A stretch of 64,000 nt of DNA from a virus, in IMG/VR virus record IMGVR_UViG_3300028783_000001, positions 64,001-128,000 of that record; one strand, given 5' to 3'. This document shows, one piece after another, positions 25,562 to 33,983 of this stretch. A program made the translations under genes and the position numbers. How positions within the stretch are numbered: position 1 is the stretch's first letter; each line of letters begins with the position of its first letter. The notes beneath the pieces are model-generated. The model was not told the DNA's origin. It did not search any database and saw only the letters and a program-made list of their open reading frames with translations.

Positions 25562-26062
25562 CTAACTAAGATTACCAGCGCTTTCTAGATCGGGGTCACC
25601 TACGGGTGACGTAAGGCCACCACCACCCTGCGCTACGGTAGCCGCCCACCACGGAAGAGAGGTTTGCGCCAACCCCATTATGTTTGATACGTCGGTAGAG
25701 GTAATTCCTGTGTTTGTATCCGATGCCATCGCCTCTAGCATCGTGTTCACCGCTGAGTAGGTCACAACGTTTGAGGTCTCAAAAGTATCAAATGCGGGGT
25801 AGGTGAAAGTGACAAGTAGTTCTCTGACCAGCGCTATAATATTGGCGCTGGACCCATTCGGGGGTGTGGTGGCGTATGCCTGTAAGACTCCCAGTTTCAT
25901 GTTGAGCATCATATATCCCAAAACAGTGCTAGCCTGCACATCGATAGTCGGCCCAGGCACAGTTAGAGCATTGATCGCTGCAAGCTTCTGCGCCGTGGTA
26001 TAGGTTGGATTTGCGGTTGTGATGGTTGCCCATTCGGCAACGAGGCTAGCGTAGTAGGCCAT
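25562..26062 (-). CDS. hypothetical protein
   Basis: AGGA RBS; helical, low charge. Confidence 0.7.
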   Translation of the reverse strand: MAYYASLVAEWATITTANPTYTTAQKLAAINALTVPGPTIDVQASTVLGYMMLNMKLGVLQAYATTPPNGSSANIIALVRELLVTFTYPAFDTFETSNVVTYSAVNTMLEAMASDTNTGITSTDVSNIMGLAQTSLPWWAATVAQGGGGLTSPVGDPDLESAGNLS

Positions 26063-26430
26063 GAGTGGAATCCTATCTGTGTTTTTAGGCGCAGAAAAAC
26101 CGGCAGACGTCGACTACGACGCACCGGTTGTGGCAATCTGTATGGTAAAACGTTTAATGCGATATTAGGCGTGCGATTAGCTGCATCACAAGTGGACTCG
26201 ATGCCGGCCATGCCGCCTAATACCGTATAATAGACAAACTTTTGCCTAACCGAGATGATCTTAATCCGCCCAATGATACGCGCAGATGCAGCCGCTGTCG
26301 ATACTAGCGCACCGGACTCACGTCGGCGTGGAGTAATGATACCAGCAGCAGAACGCACGCAATCGCAGACAACCCCTGTTGGCTTAGCCACAAGGGTTGA
26401 AGCTGCTGTTGATGCGACTGCTGCCGGCAT
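25963..26430 (-). CDS. hypothetical protein with degenerate fibre repeats and Arg-rich tail
   Basis: AAGGG RBS; GALVSTAAAS; overlaps the downstream gene by 100 nt. Confidence 0.4.
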   Translation of the reverse strand: MPAAVASTAASTLVAKPTGVVCDCVRSAAGIITPRRRESGALVSTAAASARIIGRIKIISVRQKFVYYTVLGGMAGIESTCDAANRTPNIALNVLPYRLPQPVRRSRRLPVFLRLKTQIGFHSWPTTLASLPNGQPSQPQIQPIPRRRSLQRSML

Positions 26431-26472
26431 GTAGTTTGCCCTTTCATATACTCGGCAATGGAATCGCGAAAA

Positions 26473-27228
26473 TCAAGCGATTCTGAGGAGTCCTGTGCTG
26501 CTATTTGCGGTAGGTACGACCAGCGTAAATGTTCCGGCCGACACCGTCTGAACACCACCGAAGTCGTGGACGGACACCGTATGGTTGACGGCGATTGTCG
26601 AGGTCGTTCCGGCAGATCCGACACCGGGGGTAATTCCACCAGATGCTCCACCGAGGCGAGCAGATTTGTTGTAGATCACGCCGCAGTACACGGAGAATGA
26701 TGCGGAGGTCCACTGGATCGTGGTCGAGAAGGAGCCGACCGCAGTCTGAGACGACAGCACTGCCAAAACGTTTGCGAGTGCTAGGCCACCAGCGGTATAG
26801 GCGGAACCGGAGGTGTTGGTGCACTCGTCGGTGCCGATGTTGGTGACCGACGGGGTGCCGGTTCCAGGAGTTCCTGCATTGACGAGCAGGTTATTGTACT
26901 GCTGGGCGCTAGCGTTGTTGATCAGCGAGATGTACATGACGTCACCGGTAAACGTCGGGTTGGTTAGCGCGCCGGTTGAGGCGTTACTAAGCGTCAGGGT
27001 AGACTGGCCCGTAAGCTGAGCGACGACTGTGTTCGCGGCGGTGTTGGTTCCAGTAACGGCCATGCCGACTGCGATACCGCTGATGCCGGAACCACCCATG
27101 GCGGTCATTGCCGTGGTGGACGAGCAGGTGCAGGTCAGAGTAGTAACGGTGGCGAGGCACATTCCGCCGTTGAAGAAGTCGGTTTTCGCTTGACATGTGA
27201 TGGCTGTCGTGGCGCTTGCATAAGTCAT
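26473..27228 (-). CDS. virion fibre/decoration-like protein, paralog A1
   Basis: AYTAGGLAL...WTSASFS...GVIYN...VHDFGGVQTVSAGTFTLVVP. Confidence 0.8.
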   Translation of the reverse strand: MTYASATTAITCQAKTDFFNGGMCLATVTTLTCTCSSTTAMTAMGGSGISGIAVGMAVTGTNTAANTVVAQLTGQSTLTLSNASTGALTNPTFTGDVMYISLINNASAQQYNNLLVNAGTPGTGTPSVTNIGTDECTNTSGSAYTAGGLALANVLAVLSSQTAVGSFSTTIQWTSASFSVYCGVIYNKSARLGGASGGITPGVGSAGTTSTIAVNHTVSVHDFGGVQTVSAGTFTLVVPTANSSTGLLRIA

Positions 27229-27263
27229 ATCTTGATTCCTTTATGTTGTGAGCTGCTCGCTAG

Positions 27264-27851
27264 TTATTCGGCAACCTTTGCAAGGTCGGTGCGGAGGTGC
27301 TCAGGAAGATGTTGCTGCATGAAGATGTGACCAACGTTTGCACCATGATGCTGAACGCCCTTCTTCCACGCGACGACGTGCGTGTCGGTTGGGTTCAGGT
27401 CGCAGTGACCAAGGCGGTTTGCATGGATCGCACAGGTGAAGTCGGGTGCTAGCATATCATTGCGGATGTGCTTCTGGACCTCTGGTTGTGCGAAATAGGA
27501 GGCAAACGCTGGGTTGATGTCTGCTTGAGCAACGATTTCTGCAACGCACTTGTCGAGTAGGTCGGGACACACGTCGTGGGATTCCATGGATTCGTGGAGA
27601 CGAAGGCCGGCCTTGTCAGTCAAAGCAGCCTGCTCACGATCGTGCACTTCCTGGTGATAGTTTGTGACGATGTCGAGCAGGTTTGCTTCGAAGAAGCGCT
27701 TATCCCGGCGAGCCTTCTTAGCCTCTGGGGTTCCAGTGGCTTCGTCGGCAATGTCGAAGACGGCCATGATGCGACCAACGGTAACGTCGGCCCACTTGTC
27801 GGCAGGATGGTTGCCAACGATGTTGTTAGTGATGAGGATTCCGAGTTGCAT
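27264..27851 (-). CDS. hypothetical protein, paralog B1 (possible chaperone)
   Basis: GILITNN...HPADKWA; charged and helical. Confidence 0.75.
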   Translation of the reverse strand: MQLGILITNNIVGNHPADKWADVTVGRIMAVFDIADEATGTPEAKKARRDKRFFEANLLDIVTNYHQEVHDREQAALTDKAGLRLHESMESHDVCPDLLDKCVAEIVAQADINPAFASYFAQPEVQKHIRNDMLAPDFTCAIHANRLGHCDLNPTDTHVVAWKKGVQHHGANVGHIFMQQHLPEHLRTDLAKVAE

Positions 27852-27884
27852 GGAAGTGTTCCTTGTCCTAGAGAGATGCTATGA

Positions 27885-28598
27885 TCACGAGATCTGGAGA
27901 ATACTCGTGCCTTGTGCGTTTGTAGGTAACACGACCGTGAAGGTGCCGGAAGTCACCGTCTGTGTGCCGCCGAAGTCGTGAATGGAGATGGCGCGGTTTA
28001 TTGCAGATCCTGAGGCGTTGGCGGTTACGCCGTTTGCAGCTGCTCCGAGGCGTACGCTAGTATTATAGATTATACCGGCTGTGGTGGAAAACGATGCCGA
28101 AGTCCACGACGGGTTTGTCGTAAACGACCAGTAACCGGCTGTGGTTCCAACCGCAGGGGATATGTTTGTGAGAGCGAAGCCGCCAGTGGTATATCCTGAT
28201 CCTGACGTCTCATCGGTTCCGACGTTTGTTACCGATGACGCACCGGTTCCTGGCGTGCCGACATTTGTCTGCGTTCCAGAGAAGGTGGATACCGGAGACG
28301 CCTTAATGAGCAGCATGTTGAACACGTCGCCTGTGAAGGTCGCTGCCGTTAGTGCTCCCGTGGAGGCGACGCTTAGATCGACCGCCGTCTGGGAGACGAT
28401 CTTCGACACGACTCCGCCGGCTCCAGCGTTTGTGCCGGTAACGGCCATACCAACGGCGATGCCGGCAGTAGTCGAAAGGCCAGTCATATGTACTGTTGAC
28501 GAGCAGGTGCACGCCAATGTTGGGAGGGTTGCAAGAAAGCAGTGAGCTGCTTGGGCTAGCTCACTCTTCGCAGAATAGGTGAATGCGGTGGTAGCGAT
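27885..28598 (-). CDS. virion fibre/decoration-like protein, paralog A2 (probable ATC start at 28598)
   Basis: similarity to A1 extends 27 codons above the TTG; AGGAG RBS 8 nt before an in-frame ATC. Confidence 0.75.
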   Translation of the reverse strand: MATTAFTYSAKSELAQAAHCFLATLPTLACTCSSTVHMTGLSTTAGIAVGMAVTGTNAGAGGVVSKIVSQTAVDLSVASTGALTAATFTGDVFNMLLIKASPVSTFSGTQTNVGTPGTGASSVTNVGTDETSGSGYTTGGFALTNISPAVGTTAGYWSFTTNPSWTSASFSTTAGIIYNTSVRLGAAANGVTANASGSAINRAISIHDFGGTQTVTSGTFTVVLPTNAQGTSILQIS

Positions 28599-28651
28599 GG
28601 CCGTTACTCCTGAGTCTGTGTTGTGGCAACGGCAGGCGTCGCCTTAGCGTG

Positions 28652-29182
28652 TTACGCGGCGTAGGGCACGTTTGCCTTAAACGCAATGGAGTAGGGATTT
28701 TCTGGATTCCGGTCTGCGTGCCACGACCGTTCTACTTGCATTGTAGACGTGATGTCCATCGAGACTCGCTGGCGAATCACAAGATCGAGTTGATCTGCAA
28801 ACGACACATGCTCAATGGTTCCGGCGTTTACTGGAACTACCTCAGCGGTTGTGACGAGGGCGAGTAGCGGCTTTACCGCCTCATGGATGTCGGCAACAGC
28901 CTTCTCAATCTCGGTATGCTCAGCGGCGTCGATGCTCTGGTCAAGACGGTCATGATTACCATCGAGCAAGAGTTGACGCTCTGAGCTCTGAGCAGCCTCA
29001 TGATGCTTCATCATAATCTTGGTAACGGCGGCGCGGAATGCATCCTTCTCCATTTCAATCTCAACATAACGTGGCGACTCTGGCTTGACCTCAAAGGCTA
29101 GCGCGAGCATCGAGGCCGTAGCATAGGCCCAATCGACGCTGCTATGCGGCCCATTGTTCGTGCGTAAAATGCCGGTGAACAT
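28652..29182 (-). CDS. hypothetical protein, paralog B2
   Basis: GILRTNNGPHSSVDWA, similar to B1. Confidence 0.75.
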   Translation of the reverse strand: MFTGILRTNNGPHSSVDWAYATASMLALAFEVKPESPRYVEIEMEKDAFRAAVTKIMMKHHEAAQSSERQLLLDGNHDRLDQSIDAAEHTEIEKAVADIHEAVKPLLALVTTAEVVPVNAGTIEHVSFADQLDLVIRQRVSMDITSTMQVERSWHADRNPENPYSIAFKANVPYAA

Positions 29183-29249
29183 GATTACATCCTTCTATCT
29201 GTATTCTAGCGTGATTGGTGACCAAACAGCTCGGCCGAGGTGTCTGAAC

Positions 29250-29258
29250 AAAATTGGT
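29250..29258 (-). promoter_or_regulatory. ACCAATTTT candidate late promoter, copy 2
   Basis: intergenic, upstream of 29182. Confidence 0.55.
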
Positions 29259-29271
29259 TTACGACGTCTGC

Positions 29272-29463
29272 CTAGTGTTTCCACACAGGGACTCCGTAGT
29301 TTTTGAGAGGGGCCTCGTGGGTGTTGCTGCGGTGTTGATGAACCTGACGCTGTAGTGCCAGATATGGAATCGACATGTTGTCAGCAGGCATGGGTCCGAA
29401 GCCACCACTTGAGGCACATCCAGATAGGGCTACTAGTATGGTTGTGATTGCTAGGTATTTCAT
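29272..29463 (-). CDS. small lipoprotein
   Basis: MKYLAITTILVALSGC: signal peptide II with LSGC lipobox. Confidence 0.7.
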   Translation of the reverse strand: MKYLAITTILVALSGCASSGGFGPMPADNMSIPYLALQRQVHQHRSNTHEAPLKNYGVPVWKH

Positions 29464-30080
29464 TTTCCACCCTTAAGCGAGTTTGCTAGCGCGAATAGCC
29501 TAGACCACTGTAGGTGCCCAGGGTCCCAGTGCACATCTGGGTCAGGCATGTCACCATGACCATACCACCCAGCTACATGACCAAACTTCCCAGCACTGCG
29601 GTTTGGATTATGTCCTGCGTGGGGCCAGTCGTCGTCTGTAAATGGACGCGACAGCGGAACCCCATACTCTCGCTCAATCTCAATCATGAGGTGAGCTAGG
29701 GCGATGTCGGTGTCACCGTAATCAACAATGTTCCCATCGGAGCGACCCAACCTTCCGTGGGGATACCACGGAGTCGTTTGGGCGAAACCAACCATCTCAA
29801 TCTGAACTATGGCTTCGTCGTTGTGAGCCCTACATGAAGATCCAATGAAGCCAACCTTCACCAGCTGGTTGATGCGAGGCTTACCTTGATATAACCCAAC
29901 CTCGAAGTGTGGAGCGTAGTGTCGCTCGAACACTTCTAGTGCACCGTCGAAGAAGCCTTCGGTCGTGTGTAGGATTCCAGTACGTGGGAGGTTTAGCTGG
30001 ACAGGATCATGAGAGAATGGGCAGGGTACCCAGTTTACGGCATAAGGTCCTGCCTGTGTGAGGATCGGCTTTAGAGACAT
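29460..30080 (-). CDS. N-acetylmuramoyl-L-alanine amidase (Amidase_2-like), candidate endolysin
   Basis: ILHTTEG, APHF, VQIEMVG, WYGH...HWDPG. Confidence 0.8.
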   Translation of the reverse strand: MSLKPILTQAGPYAVNWVPCPFSHDPVQLNLPRTGILHTTEGFFDGALEVFERHYAPHFEVGLYQGKPRINQLVKVGFIGSSCRAHNDEAIVQIEMVGFAQTTPWYPHGRLGRSDGNIVDYGDTDIALAHLMIEIEREYGVPLSRPFTDDDWPHAGHNPNRSAGKFGHVAGWYGHGDMPDPDVHWDPGHLQWSRLFALANSLKGGK

Positions 30081-30094
30081 GATGTTTCTCGCGT

Positions 30095-30757
30095 TTATCG
30101 AACTATATAGGAGACGACAATAAGGCCAGGAGTACCACTACCACCAGCACCACCATAAAGCCCGCCTTGCCCACCACCACTTCCACCACCACCACCTGAA
30201 CCGCCTGTTGGTGTAGTATTAGTGTAAGCGGTCCCATTCCAGGTATTTGTTGCAGTGTATTCTGCTCCAGCTGCTCCAGCTATTCCGCTACCAGACCCGC
30301 CAACACCCCCATTACCATTATCCCCAGCACCACCAGCAGACCCGCTACCGGATTTTCCAGCGCCGCTAGGCCCAGCTGCACCACCAGCAGACCCGCTTCC
30401 ACCACCACCTGCGTAGATAAGTGATCCTACACAATTTGAGGTTGATGTTGCCGCGCCGGCTGCCAACACTGTAGAGATGCTTTTGAACCAGGTGTTAGCT
30501 GACGATGATCCTGAGCCAATACTTCCACCACCAACTCCGATTTGATATGAAACAGAGTTGCCAGCGGTTAAACTGAGATTGGTGATATTAGCATAACATC
30601 CACCATTATGATTACTAGGATCGCCGCAACCAATGCACTCAATGGTGTTTGATAAGCTATTCCAGTCAGCTGGTACTGTCCACGATGTTCCAGCAGTAAT
30701 GAAGATCACTTTAGTGATAAGGGGGCATGACCCCATAATTCCAATTCTGTTGAGCAT
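30095..30757 (-). CDS. Gly-rich domain virion protein
   Basis: VIFITAGTSWTVPADWNSLSNTIECIG; paralog of the second domain of the 1872-aa protein. Confidence 0.75.
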   Translation of the reverse strand: MLNRIGIMGSCPLITKVIFITAGTSWTVPADWNSLSNTIECIGCGDPSNHNGGCYANITNLSLTAGNSVSYQIGVGGGSIGSGSSSANTWFKSISTVLAAGAATSTSNCVGSLIYAGGGGSGSAGGAAGPSGAGKSGSGSAGGAGDNGNGGVGGSGSGIAGAAGAEYTATNTWNGTAYTNTTPTGGSGGGGGSGGGQGGLYGGAGGSGTPGLIVVSYIVR

Positions 30758-30771
30758 CGCTACAATCCCTA

Positions 30772-31482
30772 TTAGATCATTAGATCGCCGAAGAGCAGCC
30801 AAGTATCTGGGAGAGCATACTTGATTAGCGTAGCGCCACTATACTGAACGCGCAGTACAAGCCCAATCGCTGTTAGGATTGTAACACCAGCCGTCGCTGC
30901 CACCGTTGTTTGTCCTGTACCATACTGCACTATATCAATGCTCTTACCAACAGGTACAGCTACTGAAGCATTTAGTGGTACGGTTAATGTGTTGGCTGTC
31001 GTCTTGTTCATAGCAACTAGCTTTCCGATATCAGAAAGCACTAGAGTATAGCTAGACGTCTGAGTATTGATGGCCTCAGTAAGCTGACTAGGTGCCATAT
31101 TGATTAGTTGCGAACCATCTACAGCGGGAATCTGTGCGGTTCCATTTAGCGCGATTAGCTGACCGGCAGCCGTTCCAGGTGTAAGGTCGCTCGCTAGCGC
31201 GGCAATGTATACAATGGATAATGAGTCGCACGTAATAGCTGCATTGGCATTGCTTGATGCGATAATAGTTGTTCGTGTAAGCGTTGTCCCAGAAGTTGTA
31301 TAGGTTCCCTGACCTACTTCCCAGTTTGTCCCATCCTCGATCACGTATGATACTACTGCTCCGTTTGTGATTCCGCCGGCGGCAAATGATTGGAATCCAG
31401 ATACAGCTGATCCGAGGGTTATCACACCAACCCCAGGCGTTCCACTAACTGTCATCTTTACACGATTAGCGAGTACACCCAT
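30772..31482 (-). CDS. tail-fibre-like virion protein
   Basis: LANRVK...ITLGSAVSGFQSF...WEVGQGTY; TSSYTLVLSDIGK...IVQYGTGQTT. Confidence 0.75.
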   Translation of the reverse strand: MGVLANRVKMTVSGTPGVGVITLGSAVSGFQSFAAGGITNGAVVSYVIEDGTNWEVGQGTYTTSGTTLTRTTIIASSNANAAITCDSLSIVYIAALASDLTPGTAAGQLIALNGTAQIPAVDGSQLINMAPSQLTEAINTQTSSYTLVLSDIGKLVAMNKTTANTLTVPLNASVAVPVGKSIDIVQYGTGQTTVAATAGVTILTAIGLVLRVQYSGATLIKYALPDTWLLFGDLMI

Positions 31483-31515
31483 TATAAAGCTCCTATTGTT
31501 TATTTAGCGTGTAAG

Positions 31516-32952
31516 TTATGCAATATAGCAACCAACTAGTATCTTCATCTCCCAATTGGCTGCTGTGATTGCTGTTAATACGCCGGTATTCTTACAGTAC
31601 ACCGACATAGCAGCGGTACTACTTACACTATAACCGACCGTATATGCGGTAAAAAACATAGATACGTTTTCTGGGTTGGTTCTATCCCCTATAGAATAAC
31701 CTAATTCAGCAGTCAAACATTGTAGAGTCAATTGTACATCTTGCGCGTGAGGCGCAATACCCAGGTTGCTAGTTGATGAATAATTTCCACCAGCTGCAAC
31801 TATGACAGGTGTTACCCATCCGCTGTTATACCTACGATTATATGCATAAGCGATAGCGCTGGTAACAGTCGTACCATTGGTGACACATTCGCCAAACGGA
31901 ACAGCAGTAACAATCTGCGCTAATGTGCCATTACCCATGTAGGCAATCTTATGCGTCATATCATATGTGAATTGACCCGCAGTGACGCTGGGTGTTCCAC
32001 CCCAGGAATAGATTGGTGGGAGTGTTGAAGAGAGCCCTCCTAGTAACATATTTTGATATATATTCACAAATAGATAGTTTGTCAGATTTGCAGATAATCC
32101 TCCCCACAACAGATTCAATCCTGTATAACCAAATATGGATACTGGGCCAGATGCATTATAACCACCACAGGCGCTAACGCACAGTGGAGTGGTGGCAGTT
32201 ATGTTTTGCGTCAAGATACTCAGAGTTGGGCTTGTAGATGGCAACGTGGTCGGATTACCATTTGCATCAGAAGGTCCTGACAAGATAGTCTGGAGTGATG
32301 GTGCAGCGTTAATAGGTAATGCTTGAAATGTTGCATCAGCTCCAAGGAACATTCTTGCGGCACTGGAACCAGCAGGTGGAGCAGGAACCAATCCTGCTGC
32401 ACCACCACCGCCTGCATCACCTATAGCTATAGGCACAGTTGTCCATCTACCACTAGCACCGAGCATTGCATTTGACACTGAGGAACCAGCAGGTGGAGCA
32501 GGAACCAATCCCGCTGCACCACCAGCGCCTGCATCACCTATAAAATCTGTTAGTAGGGCCATCACCTCAGGCATAGTGAGATCAGCCACATTAGCTATTG
32601 AACCAGTATCGTTACCCTTTAGTGTATTCGGCGGAGCTAGCGCAAGGCTTGCATTGGTTACCACATTCTCTTGTATTGTAGTTATGTTAGACCCAACGGC
32701 GAGCGCCACATCCCCAACCAGTTCAGGCATTACCAAGATTGGGATATTTGTAGATAAATCACTAGCTAGTGATTCTTTTAGAAACTGAATGGTTTGCACG
32801 TCCGCATCACATGCAAGCCGATCCGTATGTACATTGGCTGTCTCCGCAGCGGCAGCTAGAACCTGTGCCAGAATTACTCCAAGGCTAGCGGGTACATACC
32901 CGACAACTACGGCAGTATTGCTATTGGTGTTGACGATTGATGTTACTGTCAT
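31516..32952 (-). CDS. tail-fibre-like protein
   Basis: NTLKGNDTGS; two GDAG.GGAAGLVPAPPAGSS repeats; C-terminal CLTAELGYSIGD. Confidence 0.7.
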   Translation of the reverse strand: MTVTSIVNTNSNTAVVVGYVPASLGVILAQVLAAAAETANVHTDRLACDADVQTIQFLKESLASDLSTNIPILVMPELVGDVALAVGSNITTIQENVVTNASLALAPPNTLKGNDTGSIANVADLTMPEVMALLTDFIGDAGAGGAAGLVPAPPAGSSVSNAMLGASGRWTTVPIAIGDAGGGGAAGLVPAPPAGSSAARMFLGADATFQALPINAAPSLQTILSGPSDANGNPTTLPSTSPTLSILTQNITATTPLCVSACGGYNASGPVSIFGYTGLNLLWGGLSANLTNYLFVNIYQNMLLGGLSSTLPPIYSWGGTPSVTAGQFTYDMTHKIAYMGNGTLAQIVTAVPFGECVTNGTTVTSAIAYAYNRRYNSGWVTPVIVAAGGNYSSTSNLGIAPHAQDVQLTLQCLTAELGYSIGDRTNPENVSMFFTAYTVGYSVSSTAAMSVYCKNTGVLTAITAANWEMKILVGCYIA

Positions 32953-32964
32953 ATTTGTAATTCC

Positions 32965-33351
32965 TTATGTCAGTGACATGGTTCCGATCATGCACGTCTT
33001 CGTTATTCCATCACCAGCAGCGACGCAGCGAAAGTCTAATGAAGCTGGAGCATTGGCCAACTTTGCCATCATATAGGATGGCACAGCCCATCCTAACACA
33101 GAGTTTGTTCCTGACGTTGGATTGCCAACCAGGTTGGGTCCAATACTAGCATAATCAGCTGTAGAAAACGTTTGTACCGGCATAGCTCCTTCAGAATATT
33201 TTATATATAATTTAAACGTGAATATAATTCCATCAAGGGCAATCTCAGTAACCCCATCACTGTAGAAGTACTGAAACCCCTCCACCCAGGTATCACCTCT
33301 AGGATTTATCATTGTTATAGTGATATCGGGAAGGACAAGTATTGAAGTCAT
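32965..33351 (-). CDS. hypothetical fibre/baseplate connector-like protein
   Basis: RGDTW...IALDGIIF pattern. Confidence 0.55.
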   Translation of the reverse strand: MTSILVLPDITITMINPRGDTWVEGFQYFYSDGVTEIALDGIIFTFKLYIKYSEGAMPVQTFSTADYASIGPNLVGNPTSGTNSVLGWAVPSYMMAKLANAPASLDFRCVAAGDGITKTCMIGTMSLT

Positions 33352-33417
33352 TAGACACCACCTCTGTCTTGACCGAATCTACGTTAGCATTAATGCAGGC
33401 CGTTATTATACTGATAA

Positions 33418-33969
33418 TCAAGTTTCTGGACTACCTCGGCCGAGAGTTGGCATATGTGGCCATGGTAGTGAGTTGATTTGTGCCTCTGTAGTGATAGTGC
33501 CGTTATCAGCGCCCATGAGCGCATCCGCGTGCGCGGCATAGACCGCGCCAGAATGCTCCTCGTGTGCTATCTTTAGAATATCGACCTCATGCTTGTTCAG
33601 AATTTCTCGGAAGCCAAATCCAGTAATTAGGGTCACATTACGATCTGGATGGGTTGCAAGAAAATTCCAAGCGAGCGTTACACGGGAATAGCAAGCGATG
33701 TCCGAACACATACGGACGAAGCGCGGGGCTTCCTTAGTCCCGACGTTGACGCGGATTCCCGCGTTTTCGTAGGTGTCGAGAAGAACGTTTGCATAATGCT
33801 TCAGCGTCTCTCTATTGGACGAGTACAGAGGGAATCGCTTTTCAAGATGCTCGACGCTTGCCGGCTCTGGCGACGATATATGCTCGTCTTCCTGAGCGAC
33901 ATAATCTGGGTGAACGGTTCGCCACGAAAGCCCTGTCGTCGCGTGGTGCGTGTAGCAATAAGTTGGCAT
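33418..33969 (-). CDS. tail fibre assembly chaperone-like (DUF4376-like)
   Basis: ENAGIRVN...SDIAC...ITTEAQINSLPWP; directly downstream of a tail fibre gene. Confidence 0.6.
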   Translation of the reverse strand: MPTYCYTHHATTGLSWRTVHPDYVAQEDEHISSPEPASVEHLEKRFPLYSSNRETLKHYANVLLDTYENAGIRVNVGTKEAPRFVRMCSDIACYSRVTLAWNFLATHPDRNVTLITGFGFREILNKHEVDILKIAHEEHSGAVYAAHADALMGADNGTITTEAQINSLPWPHMPTLGRGSPET

Positions 33970-33983
33970 AGCAAAACCTCTCC

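Noticed and set aside
29272-29463. o-spanin assignment
   Set aside because: No adjacent i-spanin and no supporting similarity; called only a lipoprotein.
33395-33440. Sigma70 promoter (TATAAT on the - strand)
   Set aside because: No -35 element at a suitable spacing; single occurrence.
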